From positions 2,453,211 to 2,517,210 of the forward strand of contig OY730490.1 of the NCBI GenBank assembly GCA_963422765.1: a DNA stretch of 64,000 bases. Direction: 5' to 3'. The stretch's first letter is position 1. Each line of letters starts with the position of its first letter. The notes under the pieces are model-generated. The model ran no database searches, was not told the DNA's origin, and saw only the letters and a list, made by a program, of their open reading frames with translations. The position numbers were made by a program, and so were the translations under genes. This DNA comes from Dehalococcoidia bacterium. Lineage in GTDB: Bacteria; Chloroflexota; Dehalococcoidia; Lucifugimonadales; UBA3495. This document shows, in pieces, positions 44,171-53,466 of this stretch.

Positions 44171-44266
44171 GTGAGGAGTCTCCAGTTGTTTCAGTCGCGC
44201 CAGATTCTCACGCCGCGCCGGGTGTGGCGGCAGGTGAGGGGAGTCTCCAGTTGTTTCAGTCGCGCC
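44171..44266. repeat. 31/33-nt direct repeat pair separated by a 32-nt spacer
   Basis: GTGAGG(GG)AGTCTCCAGTTGTTTCAGTCGCGCC occurs at 44171-44201 and 44234-44266, between the DUF2339 start and tRNA-Gly. Confidence 0.9.
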
Positions 44267-44325
44267 GGAGCAGGGATGGGTAAGGAATCGCGGAATTAAA
44301 GTATAGACAAACCGCCGGAGTTCTT

Positions 44326-44334
44326 TGTTATAAT
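44326..44334 (+). promoter_or_regulatory. Extended -10 element upstream of tRNA-Gly
   Basis: TGTTATAAT lies 46 nt upstream of the tRNA. The -35 is weak (TAGACA at a 19-nt spacing). Confidence 0.4.
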
Positions 44335-44380
44335 AGAGCTAACCTGCCTGGTTAGTCTTGGATTTCCGGCGGGGTTACGA

Positions 44381-44455
<75 letters not shown>

Positions 44456-44510
44456 CCTTCTTATATCCATCGGCAAGCGGGGATCTAGATCCGGCGACAG
44501 CCCGCAAAGG

Positions 44511-44738
44511 TTATACTGGATACCGTTGCCTAACCTCGATCGCCTCCTCTATCCACTCCCCGATGTTCGTCGCAATGAACTCGTACACTTCCTCACTGGT
44601 GCTCCCTTCCGGTTCCCAGGTGGGCGCGATTTGAGACAGGGGCGCCTGCGTGAGACGGCATCTGCGTGGGGCGACGTCCAGTGGGCTTTCGCCCTTCCCG
44701 GTGTGCTGGCCGAGGTTATGGACGTGAATAGCCAGCAC
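44511..44738 (-). CDS. Hypothetical small protein (weak call)
   Basis: 75-aa ORF downstream of 44755..45108 on the same strand. It has no recognisable motif. Confidence 0.25.
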   Translation of the reverse strand: MLAIHVHNLGQHTGKGESPLDVAPRRCRLTQAPLSQIAPTWEPEGSTSEEVYEFIATNIGEWIEEAIEVRQRYPV

Positions 44739-44754
44739 CCCCCTTGTAGTCAGC

Positions 44755-45108
44755 CTATGTCATAAACGCATCGAGTGCTGCTTCCCAGCGCTGTTTGGTG
44801 CACTCTCCCTGTTTGGTGCACTCTCCAATGACGACCGCTGTGCCTGACACCTGAGCAACTTGCTCCTGCACCCACCGGCTGAAGGTGTGGCCATCGCAGG
44901 ATAGCTCCTGACACAGGTCAGGCGAGAGGGGCTGATTCACCGCCAGCTCCTCGCTGTTGCTGGTCATCAGAGCCTTCTCGCAGTCCGCTCCGAAGTCGAA
45001 TTTGAGCAGCGTCGGCGCATCAGCGGACGCTGACGCAACAGTCATACCAGTCGTCCGTGCGAGTCTCGCCGTGTACATACAGCCTGCTTCTCCGGACGCG
45101 CCTCCCAC
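44755..45108 (-). CDS. Hypothetical protein (weak call) with an in-frame GECTKQ duplication
   Basis: 117-aa ORF. The 18-nt tandem repeat at 44791-44826 keeps the frame. It has no recognisable motif. Confidence 0.3.
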   Translation of the reverse strand: MGGASGEAGCMYTARLARTTGMTVASASADAPTLLKFDFGADCEKALMTSNSEELAVNQPLSPDLCQELSCDGHTFSRWVQEQVAQVSGTAVVIGECTKQGECTKQRWEAALDAFMT

Positions 45109-45148
45109 CTTTGCCTCTCGCCAAGGTCATGCAGTTATCATTCACATC

Positions 45149-45199
45149 GCTGGCTCCCTTGTCAACCTGGCTCCCTTGTCAACCTGGCTCCCTTGTCAA
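45149..45199. repeat. 17-nt perfect tandem triplication
   Basis: CTGGCTCCCTTGTCAAC x3 in the gap upstream of 44755..45108. Confidence 0.95.
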
Positions 45200-45474
45200 C
45201 GTTGTAAATACAATCACGTTATTGTTCTTACCGGGCGGCGATGGGCGCGGCGGAATTGGCGGCGTTTTCGTGGACGGCTACGGTGCAGAGCGGCTCGGAG
45301 GGGGCGCGTTAGATACAGGCCGGGGCCTCAATGGGGGCCGATAAACACTATTGGCTCAACCCCGTCTGTCCTATCCATTCCTTCGCCTTCGTTGTTCCTC
45401 AGTCCTGTTGCTTCTAAGGTTACCTGTTCCTTTCGTCCGCTTTGCGCGGACGGGCCTTGCCGCGGCAGAGAGCT

Positions 45475-46335
45475 TTACTGTAGCAGCCGGTCGCCGCAGC
45501 GGGTACAGTAGCCAGCGTCGGCGCGGTTGCCATTGCCGCAGTTGCTGCATACCAGCGCCGATGGGTTAGCCGCCGGCGAGATACGCCCGCAGGACTGACA
45601 ATAGCGGCTGACAATGCTGTTAAGCTGCCCGCAGGCGGAGCAGGCTATGCGGGGGTAGTTGCGCCGGTAACGAAAGGGGGAAATCCGTTGCGCCCAACGG
45701 AACCGGCCCAGCGTCCACCACAGCCCCAGCGCCACCAGAATCAAGGCCAGGGGCCAAGCTGAAAACACCAGCAAGTTGAACAAGCCGTGAACCGCAGCCG
45801 CAATGATCAGGCTTCCCGCCAGCCACAGCCGCCGCGACCGCTGCCCTTCCTGCGTTTGCAACCCCAAACCGTAGCCCCAGAAGCTGCCGAAAATAACGTG
45901 GGCCAGCGTGCTTATGGGCGCCCGTCCAAGCATCACTTCCGGCCCGAAGTTCAGGATATATATCAGGTTTTCCAGCGAGGCGAAGCCTAAGCTGGCGGCG
46001 GCGGCATACACCAGCCCGTCGCCGGGTTCATCGAAATATAGGGAGCGGAACGGCCCCAGCCGCACCACCAGAAACTTGCTCAGCTCCTCGGCCGGCCCCA
46101 CAATTAGCAGCATCGCCGACGCCACCGCCGCAAAATCCGCGGCGCCATCCCACAAGTGGTCGTCAATGAAAAAGGTATTGAGAATCCCCGCCGGGATAGT
46201 GGACAGCATTCCCAGGAAGAAGGTCAGGGCCAGCAACCGCCTGGGTTCGGGCCGGTAGATGTCGCGCCGGACGAAAAACCAGAGCCAGAAGACTCCCGGC
46301 GCAAAGGCGAGTACAGCGTATCCCAGCAGCGCCAA
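45475..46335 (-). CDS. PrsW-family intramembrane metalloprotease fused to two C-terminal zinc ribbons
   Basis: PrsW motifs GPAEELSKF, FASLENL and AAAVHGLFN. The C-terminus is CSACGQLNSIVSRYCQSCG ... CSNCGNGNRADAGYCTRCG. Confidence 0.75.
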   Translation of the reverse strand: MALLGYAVLAFAPGVFWLWFFVRRDIYRPEPRRLLALTFFLGMLSTIPAGILNTFFIDDHLWDGAADFAAVASAMLLIVGPAEELSKFLVVRLGPFRSLYFDEPGDGLVYAAAASLGFASLENLIYILNFGPEVMLGRAPISTLAHVIFGSFWGYGLGLQTQEGQRSRRLWLAGSLIIAAAVHGLFNLLVFSAWPLALILVALGLWWTLGRFRWAQRISPFRYRRNYPRIACSACGQLNSIVSRYCQSCGRISPAANPSALVCSNCGNGNRADAGYCTRCGDRLLQ

Positions 46336-46341
46336 TCAGCC

Positions 46342-47064
46342 CTACTTCCGTTGTACTACCACGGTGTCGCAAATCAGGTCATGCAACGCCCGTTTGTCCT
46401 CCCGAAACGCCACCATCAGGAATCCTATGCCCAGCAGCAGAGCCGACAAAAAGGGTGCCCAATATCTGGCGAATGCCCGTCCGGGGCCAAGCCTGGAGCC
46501 GTCGGGCCGGAGGACGCATATCCCGACCGCCCTCTTGCCGATGGTAGTGGCCCACACCGACACTCCCACGGTGTAGTAAGCAATCCCGATAAGCAAGGGC
46601 ACGTAGTCTATCCAGGAGCCAGTCCCCCAAACTGATTCCGGACTAAAGTAAACATCCAGGGACACACCGGGGGCAATGAAGATGAGCAGAAACTCCACCG
46701 CCGCCAGGCACAGACCGTCAATGACAGCCGCAACTGCCCGAATCCAGAAGCCCGCCGGTATGCCCCCGGCGACGGCTGTCCGTGTCTGCCTGCCGCCTGA
46801 TTCGTCGAAGGGCAGGCCGCAGGCGTAGCAGTATATCACCCTCGGTTCGTTGACAGCGCGGCAGCGAGGGCAGGCAACGCGGCGAGGGGGCTGGAGCGCG
46901 GCCGGCCCGCTTGCGGACAAGGCTGCGCCGCAAGCGTGACAGAACCGGCTGTCGGCCGGGTTGGCGGCGCGGCAGTTGGGGCAAACCTTCGGAAGACTGC
47001 TGCCGCATCGCACGCAAAAGTTTGCGCCCAGAGGTCCTGACGCGCCACAGTTGGAACAAAGCAT
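46342..47064 (-). CDS. RDD-family membrane protein with three N-terminal zinc ribbons
   Basis: CSNCG..FCVRCG, CPNCR..FCHACG and CPRCR..YCYACG, followed by an RDD-type membrane domain (GFWIRAVAAVIDGL ... RALHDLICDTVVV). Confidence 0.75.
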   Translation of the reverse strand: MLCSNCGASGPLGANFCVRCGSSLPKVCPNCRAANPADSRFCHACGAALSASGPAALQPPRRVACPRCRAVNEPRVIYCYACGLPFDESGGRQTRTAVAGGIPAGFWIRAVAAVIDGLCLAAVEFLLIFIAPGVSLDVYFSPESVWGTGSWIDYVPLLIGIAYYTVGVSVWATTIGKRAVGICVLRPDGSRLGPGRAFARYWAPFLSALLLGIGFLMVAFREDKRALHDLICDTVVVQRK

Positions 47065-47083
47065 GGGGGTTCCCCGGTTATAC

Positions 47084-47839
47084 CTATTGCGCGGTGATGC
47101 CGCCGTCTATGACCAGCTCAATGCCTGTGATCCAGGCCGATTCGTCGGACGCGAGGTACAGTGCGCCATAGGCCACGTCGGGGGACTGCCCCAGGCGGCC
47201 CAGCGGCACCTCCTCAGTGCGGGCGGCCAGGATATCGGGGTTGTCGGAAATTCCGGAGAGCATGGGGGTGTCGACCGGGCCTGGGTGTATAGAGTTACAC
47301 CGGATGTGTTCCGATGCGTGCTGGATGGCGGTGGTCTTGGTAAAGGTGCGCACGGCGCCCTTGGAGGCGCTGTAGGCGCTGCCGGTCAGGGCGCGTCCCA
47401 AGATTCCGGCTATGGACGACACGTTGATGATGGACCCGCCACCGGCGCGGCGCATGGCGGGCAACACCTTGCGGGTGCCCAGGAAAACGCCCTTGGTGTT
47501 GACTTGCATGATGCGGTCCCACAGCTCTTCGGTGGTCTCCTCGATCTTTTCGGCGTTTGCAATGCCGGCGTTGTTGACCAGCACATCCAGCTTGCCGTAG
47601 CTCGACTCGGCCAATTCCACGGCCTGCGTCCAGTCGCTGTCGCTGGTGACGTCTAGGTGCACGTACACTGCCGCGCCGCCCGCCTCGGTTATGCGCCGTT
47701 CGACAGCGCGGCCCTCGTCGTCCAGCAGGTCTCCGAACACTACGCTGGCGCCCTCGGCGGCGAAAAGCTCCGCCTCCAGCGCTCCCTGGCCCCGCGCGCC
47801 GCCCGAAATCAGCGCCACTTTTCCGTCCAGCCTGCCCAT
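47084..47839 (-). CDS. Short-chain dehydrogenase/reductase (SDR)
   Basis: GKVALISGGARGQG (the TGxxxGxG-type motif), NNAG, and the catalytic YSASK. Confidence 0.88.
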   Translation of the reverse strand: MGRLDGKVALISGGARGQGALEAELFAAEGASVVFGDLLDDEGRAVERRITEAGGAAVYVHLDVTSDSDWTQAVELAESSYGKLDVLVNNAGIANAEKIEETTEELWDRIMQVNTKGVFLGTRKVLPAMRRAGGGSIINVSSIAGILGRALTGSAYSASKGAVRTFTKTTAIQHASEHIRCNSIHPGPVDTPMLSGISDNPDILAARTEEVPLGRLGQSPDVAYGALYLASDESAWITGIELVIDGGITAQ

Positions 47840-47935
47840 ACTGTCCCTCCCTCTTCTGTCAGTTTAATCGCGTCTATTCTATCAGTGTCCGGGCCCAGTG
47901 TCCGGGGCGTAACCTTCGTTCCTGCGAAAGAAAGT

Positions 47936-48020
47936 AATTGTCTGAATCAGGGTTTACGGGATTTTAAGATTTTAAGTCCTGAGCATCCGGCTCATCCGGG
48001 TAGTCTTGATTCGGGCAATT
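47936..48020. repeat. MITE-like element bounded by imperfect 15-nt inverted repeats
   Basis: AATTGTCTGAATCAG ... TTGATTCGGGCAATT (12 of 15 complementary). The interior has GGGATTTTAAGATTTTAAG and CATCCGGCTCATCCGG direct repeats. The terminal motif also occurs at 22831-22845. Confidence 0.5.
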
Positions 48021-48092
48021 GCCGCCTGTACTGGATTAAGGGGCGGGTGTATGATTTGCGGGACAGATAACAGACAGCAAGGGGGCCAGCTT

Positions 48093-48536
48093 ATGCCGCA
48101 GCGCACGTTGTGGATGCACGGCGCTAATATGCAAGTGGAGTATCCCAACCGCATCACCTCAGTGCGGGCCACCGGGCCCTTTGTGCGGATTGAGGGCGCA
48201 AAGGGCCAGAACACCTGGCTGCATTTCCCTGTGCCCACTCCGGCGGTGATTGACGGCGCGCGAATGCGAATTGACGGCGCGCTGGTGAGCTTCCGCACCC
48301 GCGACCATGCTTCGGTAAGCGAAATTATCGTATACGACGGCGACCAGCGCATCGCCGAGCACATGGGCCAGGACTTGCGCGGCGAACACCCGGAATATCG
48401 CGTTGACGTTTCCGGCAGCCCGGAAATCAACCGGGGCATCAACATCGTCCTCGGCGTAACCTTCGACAGCGTCGCGCCCGATGCCCGATCCATGCAAATC
48501 GAGGTCATCGGCGTGGGGCTGGAATATACCGGGTAA
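48093..48536 (+). CDS. Hypothetical beta-rich protein
   Basis: ATG at 48093 follows AGGGGG, and composition is coding-like. My recollection places similar proteins in a DUF family, but I cannot verify that here. Confidence 0.5.
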   Translation: MPQRTLWMHGANMQVEYPNRITSVRATGPFVRIEGAKGQNTWLHFPVPTPAVIDGARMRIDGALVSFRTRDHASVSEIIVYDGDQRIAEHMGQDLRGEHPEYRVDVSGSPEINRGINIVLGVTFDSVAPDARSMQIEVIGVGLEYTG

Positions 48537-48599
48537 CTGGAATATACAAGGGGTTGGTACGCCCGCACCATACCCTCTTGCGGAGGGAAAGGGCGCACA

Positions 48600-48636
48600 C
48601 TAACCCTCTCTGCCTAACCCTCTCTGGGGGAGAGGG
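48600..48636. repeat. REP-like element, inverted orientation, with a duplicated arm
   Basis: CTAACCCTCTCTGCCTAACCCTCTCTGGGGGAGAGGG. Confidence 0.6.
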
Positions 48637-48702
48637 AACTTTATAATCAAATTCGCTCGTCCTCGATTTTTGGAAGGATAGGCGTACTTGCGGAGAGCTT
48701 GA

Positions 48703-50184
48703 ATGACTGCGTACAAGAACTACATCGGCGGCCAGTGGGTAGAGACGGTATCGGGGCGCACCTATCCGGTACACAACCCGGCCCACAAGACGCAGGTTGT
48801 GGGAGAGTTCCAGACCTCCAACGCCGAAGACGCAGCAGCAGCAGTGGCCGCAGCCCGCGAGGCGCTGCCCGGTTGGGCCAACACTCCGGCGCCGGGGCGG
48901 GCAGCGGTGCTGTTCCGGGCCTTGGAGATTATGGGCCGCCGCGCCGAGGAAATCGCCACGGCCATCACCACAGAGGAAGGCAAGCCCATAGGCGACGCCC
49001 GGGGCGAAGTCCGGCGGGCCATGAACATCCTCGAATACGCCGCAGGGGAAGGGCGGAGGATGTTCGGCTACACCACGCCATCGGAACTGCCCAACACGGT
49101 GGCCTACACCGTGAAGCGGCCCTTGGGCGTGGTGGGAATCATTACGCCGTGGAACTTCCCCGTCGCCATCCCGGTGTGGAAGATGGCCCCGGCGTTGATT
49201 TGCGGCAATGCCCTAGTCTTCAAGCCCGCGTCGTCCACGCCGCTGTGCGCGGTCAAGCTGGCGGAGGTGTTTGAGGAGGCCGGGCTGCCGCCTGGAGTGC
49301 TAAACCTCGTAACCGGCCCCGGAGGTCAGGTGGGCAACGCACTGGTGGAGGACACCCGCGTCAACGGCATATCATTCACCGGCTCCACGGAAATAGGCAC
49401 TGACCTGTACGCCAACGGGGCGAGGCGTCTCAAAAAAGTGCAGGCCGAGATGGGGGGCAAGAACGCGGTTATCCTGCTGGCGGACGCCGACATGGACAAG
49501 GCTCTGGGCGGCATCGTGCAGGGGGCATTCGGCTCCACCGGCCAGCGCTGCACTGCCACCAGCCGGGTCATCGTGGAAGAGTCGGTCTATGACGAATTCG
49601 TCGAGGAGCTGCTACAGCGCACCGCCGGTCTCCGGGTGGGCGACGGCATAGACCCGGAGGTGGACGTGTCCCCCCTGTGCGGTCAAGGGCAGTATGACAA
49701 GGTGCTGGAATACATCGGCGTTGGGACCGAGGAGGGCGCAAACTTGGCCTACGGCGGGCGCGGGCTGACCGGCGGCGAGTATGGCGACGGATATTACGTG
49801 GAGCCGACGGTGTTCACCGGCGTATCGCCGAATATGCGCATTGCCAAGGAGGAAATTTTCGGCCCGGTGCTGACCGTATTCAAGGCCAAGGATCTGGAAG
49901 AGGCGATAGAGATTTCCAATAGCGTGGAGTTCGGCCTGTCGTCCTCGGTATACACCCGCGACCTAACCCGCGCCTTCGAGTACATCAACACCGTGGAGAC
50001 CGGTATGGTCCACGTCAACGCGCCGACTCTGGGCGGCGAAGTCCATCTGCCCTTCGGCGGCCTGAAATCGTCGGGCGTTGGGCAGCGGGAGCAAGGGACG
50101 GAGGCGTTCGACTTCTTCACCGAGACCATCACAGTCTACATAGACCACGGCGAGGCGGCCAGGCAGCAGGCGCGGTTTATCTGA
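48703..50184 (+). CDS. NAD(P)-dependent aldehyde dehydrogenase
   Basis: ITPWNFP, FTGST..G, the catalytic EMGGKN, and GQRCTA with the Cys nucleophile. Confidence 0.9.
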   Translation: MTAYKNYIGGQWVETVSGRTYPVHNPAHKTQVVGEFQTSNAEDAAAAVAAAREALPGWANTPAPGRAAVLFRALEIMGRRAEEIATAITTEEGKPIGDARGEVRRAMNILEYAAGEGRRMFGYTTPSELPNTVAYTVKRPLGVVGIITPWNFPVAIPVWKMAPALICGNALVFKPASSTPLCAVKLAEVFEEAGLPPGVLNLVTGPGGQVGNALVEDTRVNGISFTGSTEIGTDLYANGARRLKKVQAEMGGKNAVILLADADMDKALGGIVQGAFGSTGQRCTATSRVIVEESVYDEFVEELLQRTAGLRVGDGIDPEVDVSPLCGQGQYDKVLEYIGVGTEEGANLAYGGRGLTGGEYGDGYYVEPTVFTGVSPNMRIAKEEIFGPVLTVFKAKDLEEAIEISNSVEFGLSSSVYTRDLTRAFEYINTVETGMVHVNAPTLGGEVHLPFGGLKSSGVGQREQGTEAFDFFTETITVYIDHGEAARQQARFI

Positions 50185-50542
50185 TCGGAATGGGGGTGAA
50201 GTCGTCGGGGAGGATACGGCGCACGTCTTCCATCAGAGTTGGGATGTGGTCATGCGCTGCCATCCAAATGATGCCGTAGTTAAGGTCGTCGTACTGGTGA
50301 ATCAACCTGTTACGCATACTGATAATTTGCCGCCAAGGTATTTCTGACGCTCTGCTCTGGGTGGCGTCAGAGACACGATTGGCGGCTTCTCCCACGATCT
50401 CGATGGCTTTGGATAAAGATAAAAACAGTTGCAAATCTTGGGCAAGTTCCTGTTCGGTTCGGCCTTCAATGATAGCCAAAGCCCAACCGGACGCCTCCAG
50501 CATATACCCCAGTGGAGTAAAGTCTTCCTCTGGGATCGTCAT
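50177..50542 (-). CDS. hepT: HepT-like (DUF86) ribonuclease toxin
   Basis: The R-x4-H-x-Y motif is present as RNRLIHQY. There is a 4-nt overlap with the upstream MNT-like gene. Confidence 0.75.
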   Translation of the reverse strand: MTIPEEDFTPLGYMLEASGWALAIIEGRTEQELAQDLQLFLSLSKAIEIVGEAANRVSDATQSRASEIPWRQIISMRNRLIHQYDDLNYGIIWMAAHDHIPTLMEDVRRILPDDFTPIPIR

Positions 50543-50868
50543 GCGGTCTTGGTAGTTTGATATATAGATTCTGACATAGCGAATGCGCCAGCCATGGCTT
50601 TCTTGCGTCCAGAAGGTATCCCGGTAGATGAGTGCAGGAATACCTGCTCTTTGCCTATCATCTCTGCCAGCTCTTCCTCCATGCCGATGAGGCCGGGGCC
50701 GCCGAACATATCAAAGTAGCCTGGGATATGGCCGGGAGCGAAGTCCACTAAGAAGTCCATCGCGCGCTCCTTCTCGGCAGCGGTGCGGGATGGGTGGATA
50801 AATCTCAGCATCCGGGTGATGTGATGCTTTTGACAAAACTCGGCGATTGCATCCAAGTCGAATTCCAT
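50539..50868 (-). CDS. MNT-like nucleotidyltransferase-fold antitoxin with a degenerate catalytic motif
   Basis: Position and size fit the HepT partner. By my alignment, LRFIHPSRTAAEKERAMDFLVDF corresponds to the usual LFGSxARGxxxxxSDxDLLVxF, with G-S and the first Asp replaced. Confidence 0.55.
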   Translation of the reverse strand: MEFDLDAIAEFCQKHHITRMLRFIHPSRTAAEKERAMDFLVDFAPGHIPGYFDMFGGPGLIGMEEELAEMIGKEQVFLHSSTGIPSGRKKAMAGAFAMSESIYQTTKTA

Positions 50869-50905
50869 AAACTTCTTCTCTCTATATTGAGCTTGGCCGC
50901 CATCT

Positions 50906-51307
50906 CTAAAGTGGCTGGCGGTGATCGAAGCCGAGGCTGGTTTCGTGCCAATAGGCGATGCGCTCCTCGCCGCTGACCCAGCAGAGGTAGACTTCCCGTC
51001 CGTCGCGGAGATGGAGGAAATCCACTAGCCCGCGCGGGATGTCGCGTATGATGATTCCCTCGGCGATTATCTCGTCCACGATACCGTTGAGTTCCTTGTC
51101 CATGCTGTCCAGTTCGGCCTGCATAGAGTTGAGTTCGGTGTAGCGGTTGAATGTGCCGTTGCGCCGTTGCAGCTCGCGCTGTATCCCGGTCAGCCGCTCC
51201 CGCGTGTCTTCCAGCCGCTCCCGGGAGGAAAGCAGCCGCTGAAAAGTGCGCTCAAGCCAGGGGAGCAGGTAGTTTGCTTCTTCGAGGGTAAACAGGCGTC
51301 GCCGCAT
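50906..51307 (-). CDS. DUF2203-like protein
   Basis: RRLFTLEEANYLLPWLERTFQRL at the N-terminus and the C-terminal LCWVSGEERIAYWHE resemble DUF2203. Start is taken at 51307; the tracked start is 51406. Confidence 0.5.
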   Translation of the reverse strand: MRRRLFTLEEANYLLPWLERTFQRLLSSRERLEDTRERLTGIQRELQRRNGTFNRYTELNSMQAELDSMDKELNGIVDEIIAEGIIIRDIPRGLVDFLHLRDGREVYLCWVSGEERIAYWHETSLGFDHRQPL

Positions 51308-51473
51308 AAGGCCTCTTCCGGGTAACTGAATTTCTGGGTAACTGAATTTATACCGGACAGATTTAGGCGCCGGCGGCCCACGCCGGACTGCCCGCTTACG
51401 GCTCAAATAACGTACAATAGCCGCGTCCGCCGGGGACTAGAGTAGCATATCCTTCCGGCGGCGAGGATGCGAT

Positions 51474-51887
51474 ATGCCTATCATAGACCATAACCAAGCC
51501 CCCGAGACGCCATGGCGTCCCGGCTACCGCAAGTGGGACATTACCACCCATGAGCATGGCGTTTCCACGTCGCTGAGCCTCAATACCGCTGAACCCGGAA
51601 CCGGCGCGCCTCTGCACACCCACGCCATAGACGAGCTCATCGTTATTTTATCCGGCGCGCTGGAAGTTCGCATCAACGGCGAAACGCACCGGGTGGAAAA
51701 AGACCACACGCTGGTCATCCCGCCTGGGGCAGAACACGCTTTCAGGGTGGTGGGGGAGGAAAACGCCGAGCTGCTGGTCGTATTCCCGGACCTGAATCCA
51801 TACGCTGAACATAACACCACCTACCTGGAAGGCAGCCGCCCGGCAGCTTATGACGAAAGTAAACAGCCGGCCCCATCCGGCGATTAG
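51474..51887 (+). CDS. Cupin-domain protein
   Basis: The two-His cupin motifs are GAPLHTHAIDELIVILSG and GDTLVIPPGAEHAF-like. Confidence 0.75.
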   Translation: MPIIDHNQAPETPWRPGYRKWDITTHEHGVSTSLSLNTAEPGTGAPLHTHAIDELIVILSGALEVRINGETHRVEKDHTLVIPPGAEHAFRVVGEENAELLVVFPDLNPYAEHNTTYLEGSRPAAYDESKQPAPSGD

Positions 51888-51896
51888 GCAGTTCTC

Positions 51897-52865
51897 TTGG
51901 ACAAATCAGAAACACGCCTTCACCCCAACCCTCGCCCAGGGGGCGAGGGGGCTTTGGCCGACTCTCTCCCGGAGGGAGCATCGCAAGCCGGCGCCGACCC
52001 CAACCTCTTCGGAGCAGGCGAGTTGGCCCTGCTGCTGGACCGCAAGTCCCGCCGCTATATGATGACGCTGGGCGAAGGGGAGACCTTTCACAGCCACTTG
52101 GGGCGGTTGCAACACGACCAGCTCATCGGCGGCAGCGTTGGCGGCTGGTATCGCACCGACCGGGGGCATACGCTGCTGGCCGTACGCCCTACGCTGGGCG
52201 ACTACGTGCGGCAGATGCCCCGCGGCCCGCAGATCATATACCAGAAAGACTTGGGAAACATCGTCAGCTTTGCCGACATCTTTCCCGGAGCGACCGTCAT
52301 TGAGGGCGGCCTGGGTTCCGGGGCGCTCACCGCTGCGCTGCTCCGCGCCGTCGGGCCGAAGGGACGGGTCATCACCTATGAAGTTGACGACGCGGTGTTG
52401 CCCAAGGCAATGCGAAACATCAACCGCGTCATTCCCGACACCGCCAACCTGGAAGTCAAGATTGGCAACATTTACGAAGGCATCGAGGAGCGCAACGTGG
52501 ACCGTGTGGTGCTGGACGTTCCCGAACCGTGGCAGGCCGTGGCAACCATCGCCGGCGCGCTGGTGATGGGCGGGGTGATGCTCAGCTTCCTGCCCACCAT
52601 ATTGCAGGTGCATCGTCTGGGCGGCGCTTTGGAGCAAGACGGGCGCTATCAGCTCGTCGAGTCCATGGAGACGCTGCTGCGCACTTGGCACGTCACCGAG
52701 CGAAGCGTGCGTCCTGACCATCGCATGGTGGCCCACAGCGGCTTCCTCACCACCGCCGTCCGATGCGAACCGCGCCCGGGCGTCCGCCCGGCAACCAGCA
52801 TCCCGCAGAATGATGAGCCTGCCAATAACGTCCCGGAGGAACAGCCCGATGGAGATGATGAATAG
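51897..52865 (+). CDS. trmI: tRNA (adenine-N1)-methyltransferase TrmI/Gcd14 family
   Basis: GELALLLDRKSRRYMMTLGEG..FHSHLGRLQHDQLIG, a SAM motif VIEGGLGSGALT, and DRVVLDVPEPW. The true start is uncertain because the tracked TTG ORF begins by translating a REP element. Confidence 0.8.
   Translation: MDKSETRLHPNPRPGGEGALADSLPEGASQAGADPNLFGAGELALLLDRKSRRYMMTLGEGETFHSHLGRLQHDQLIGGSVGGWYRTDRGHTLLAVRPTLGDYVRQMPRGPQIIYQKDLGNIVSFADIFPGATVIEGGLGSGALTAALLRAVGPKGRVITYEVDDAVLPKAMRNINRVIPDTANLEVKIGNIYEGIEERNVDRVVLDVPEPWQAVATIAGALVMGGVMLSFLPTILQVHRLGGALEQDGRYQLVESMETLLRTWHVTERSVRPDHRMVAHSGFLTTAVRCEPRPGVRPATSIPQNDEPANNVPEEQPDGDDE
51921..51949. repeat. REP-like element, inverted orientation
   Basis: CACCCCAACCCTCGCCCAGGGGGCGAGGG. 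Confidence 0.55.
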
Positions 52866-53424
52866 GGACAACACCCTTGAGTTCCTGAGCGGCCACGTGC
52901 AGACCGATATGCTGATGAAACACCTGCTCACGGTGGAAGCGTCAATGCGCGGCTATGCCCGCAAGTATGGCGAAGACGAAGACCGCTGGGGCATCGCCGG
53001 ACTGCTTCACGATTTCGACTGGGAAATCTGCCCGACGCCGGAGAGCCATCCCACCTACGGCGCGCAGATTCTCCGCGACGCCGGTTATCCTGAGGACATA
53101 ATTCGCGCCGTGCTGACTCACGGCGAGCATACCGGCATTCCTCGGGAATCGCTGATGGAGCATACCCTGTTCGCCGTGGACGAGCTGTCGGGTTTCGTCC
53201 GCGCCGTGGCCCTGGTGCGGCCCAGCAAAAGCCTGGGAGAAGTCACTCCCCGCTCGGTGCGCCGAAAGATGAAGGACAAAGCCTTCGCCAAAGACGTGAA
53301 CCGCGACGACATTCAGAAAGGCGCCAACGAACTGGGCGTGGATCTGGACGAGCACATCGCCTTCGTGGTCGAAAGCATGAAGCCCGTCTCGGCGCGGATA
53401 GGGCTCACCGAGCCGTCTTCATAG
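52849..53424 (+). CDS. HD-domain phosphohydrolase
   Basis: GLLHDFDWE (the H-D doublet), with further His residues at THGEHTG. The start MEMMNRD overlaps the trmI end. Confidence 0.75.
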   Translation: MEMMNRDNTLEFLSGHVQTDMLMKHLLTVEASMRGYARKYGEDEDRWGIAGLLHDFDWEICPTPESHPTYGAQILRDAGYPEDIIRAVLTHGEHTGIPRESLMEHTLFAVDELSGFVRAVALVRPSKSLGEVTPRSVRRKMKDKAFAKDVNRDDIQKGANELGVDLDEHIAFVVESMKPVSARIGLTEPSS

Positions 53425-53430
53425 AAAATT

Positions 53431-53466
53431 CCTTTCCCATCAAGGGAAATGTTAGGGGCAGGGTGA
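53431..53466. repeat. REP-like element overlapping a gene's 3' end
   Basis: CCTTTCCCATCAAGGGAAATGTTAGGGGCAGGGTGA. Its right arm encodes the last codons (..SPCP) and the stop of the minus-strand gene 53452..54690. Confidence 0.55.
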
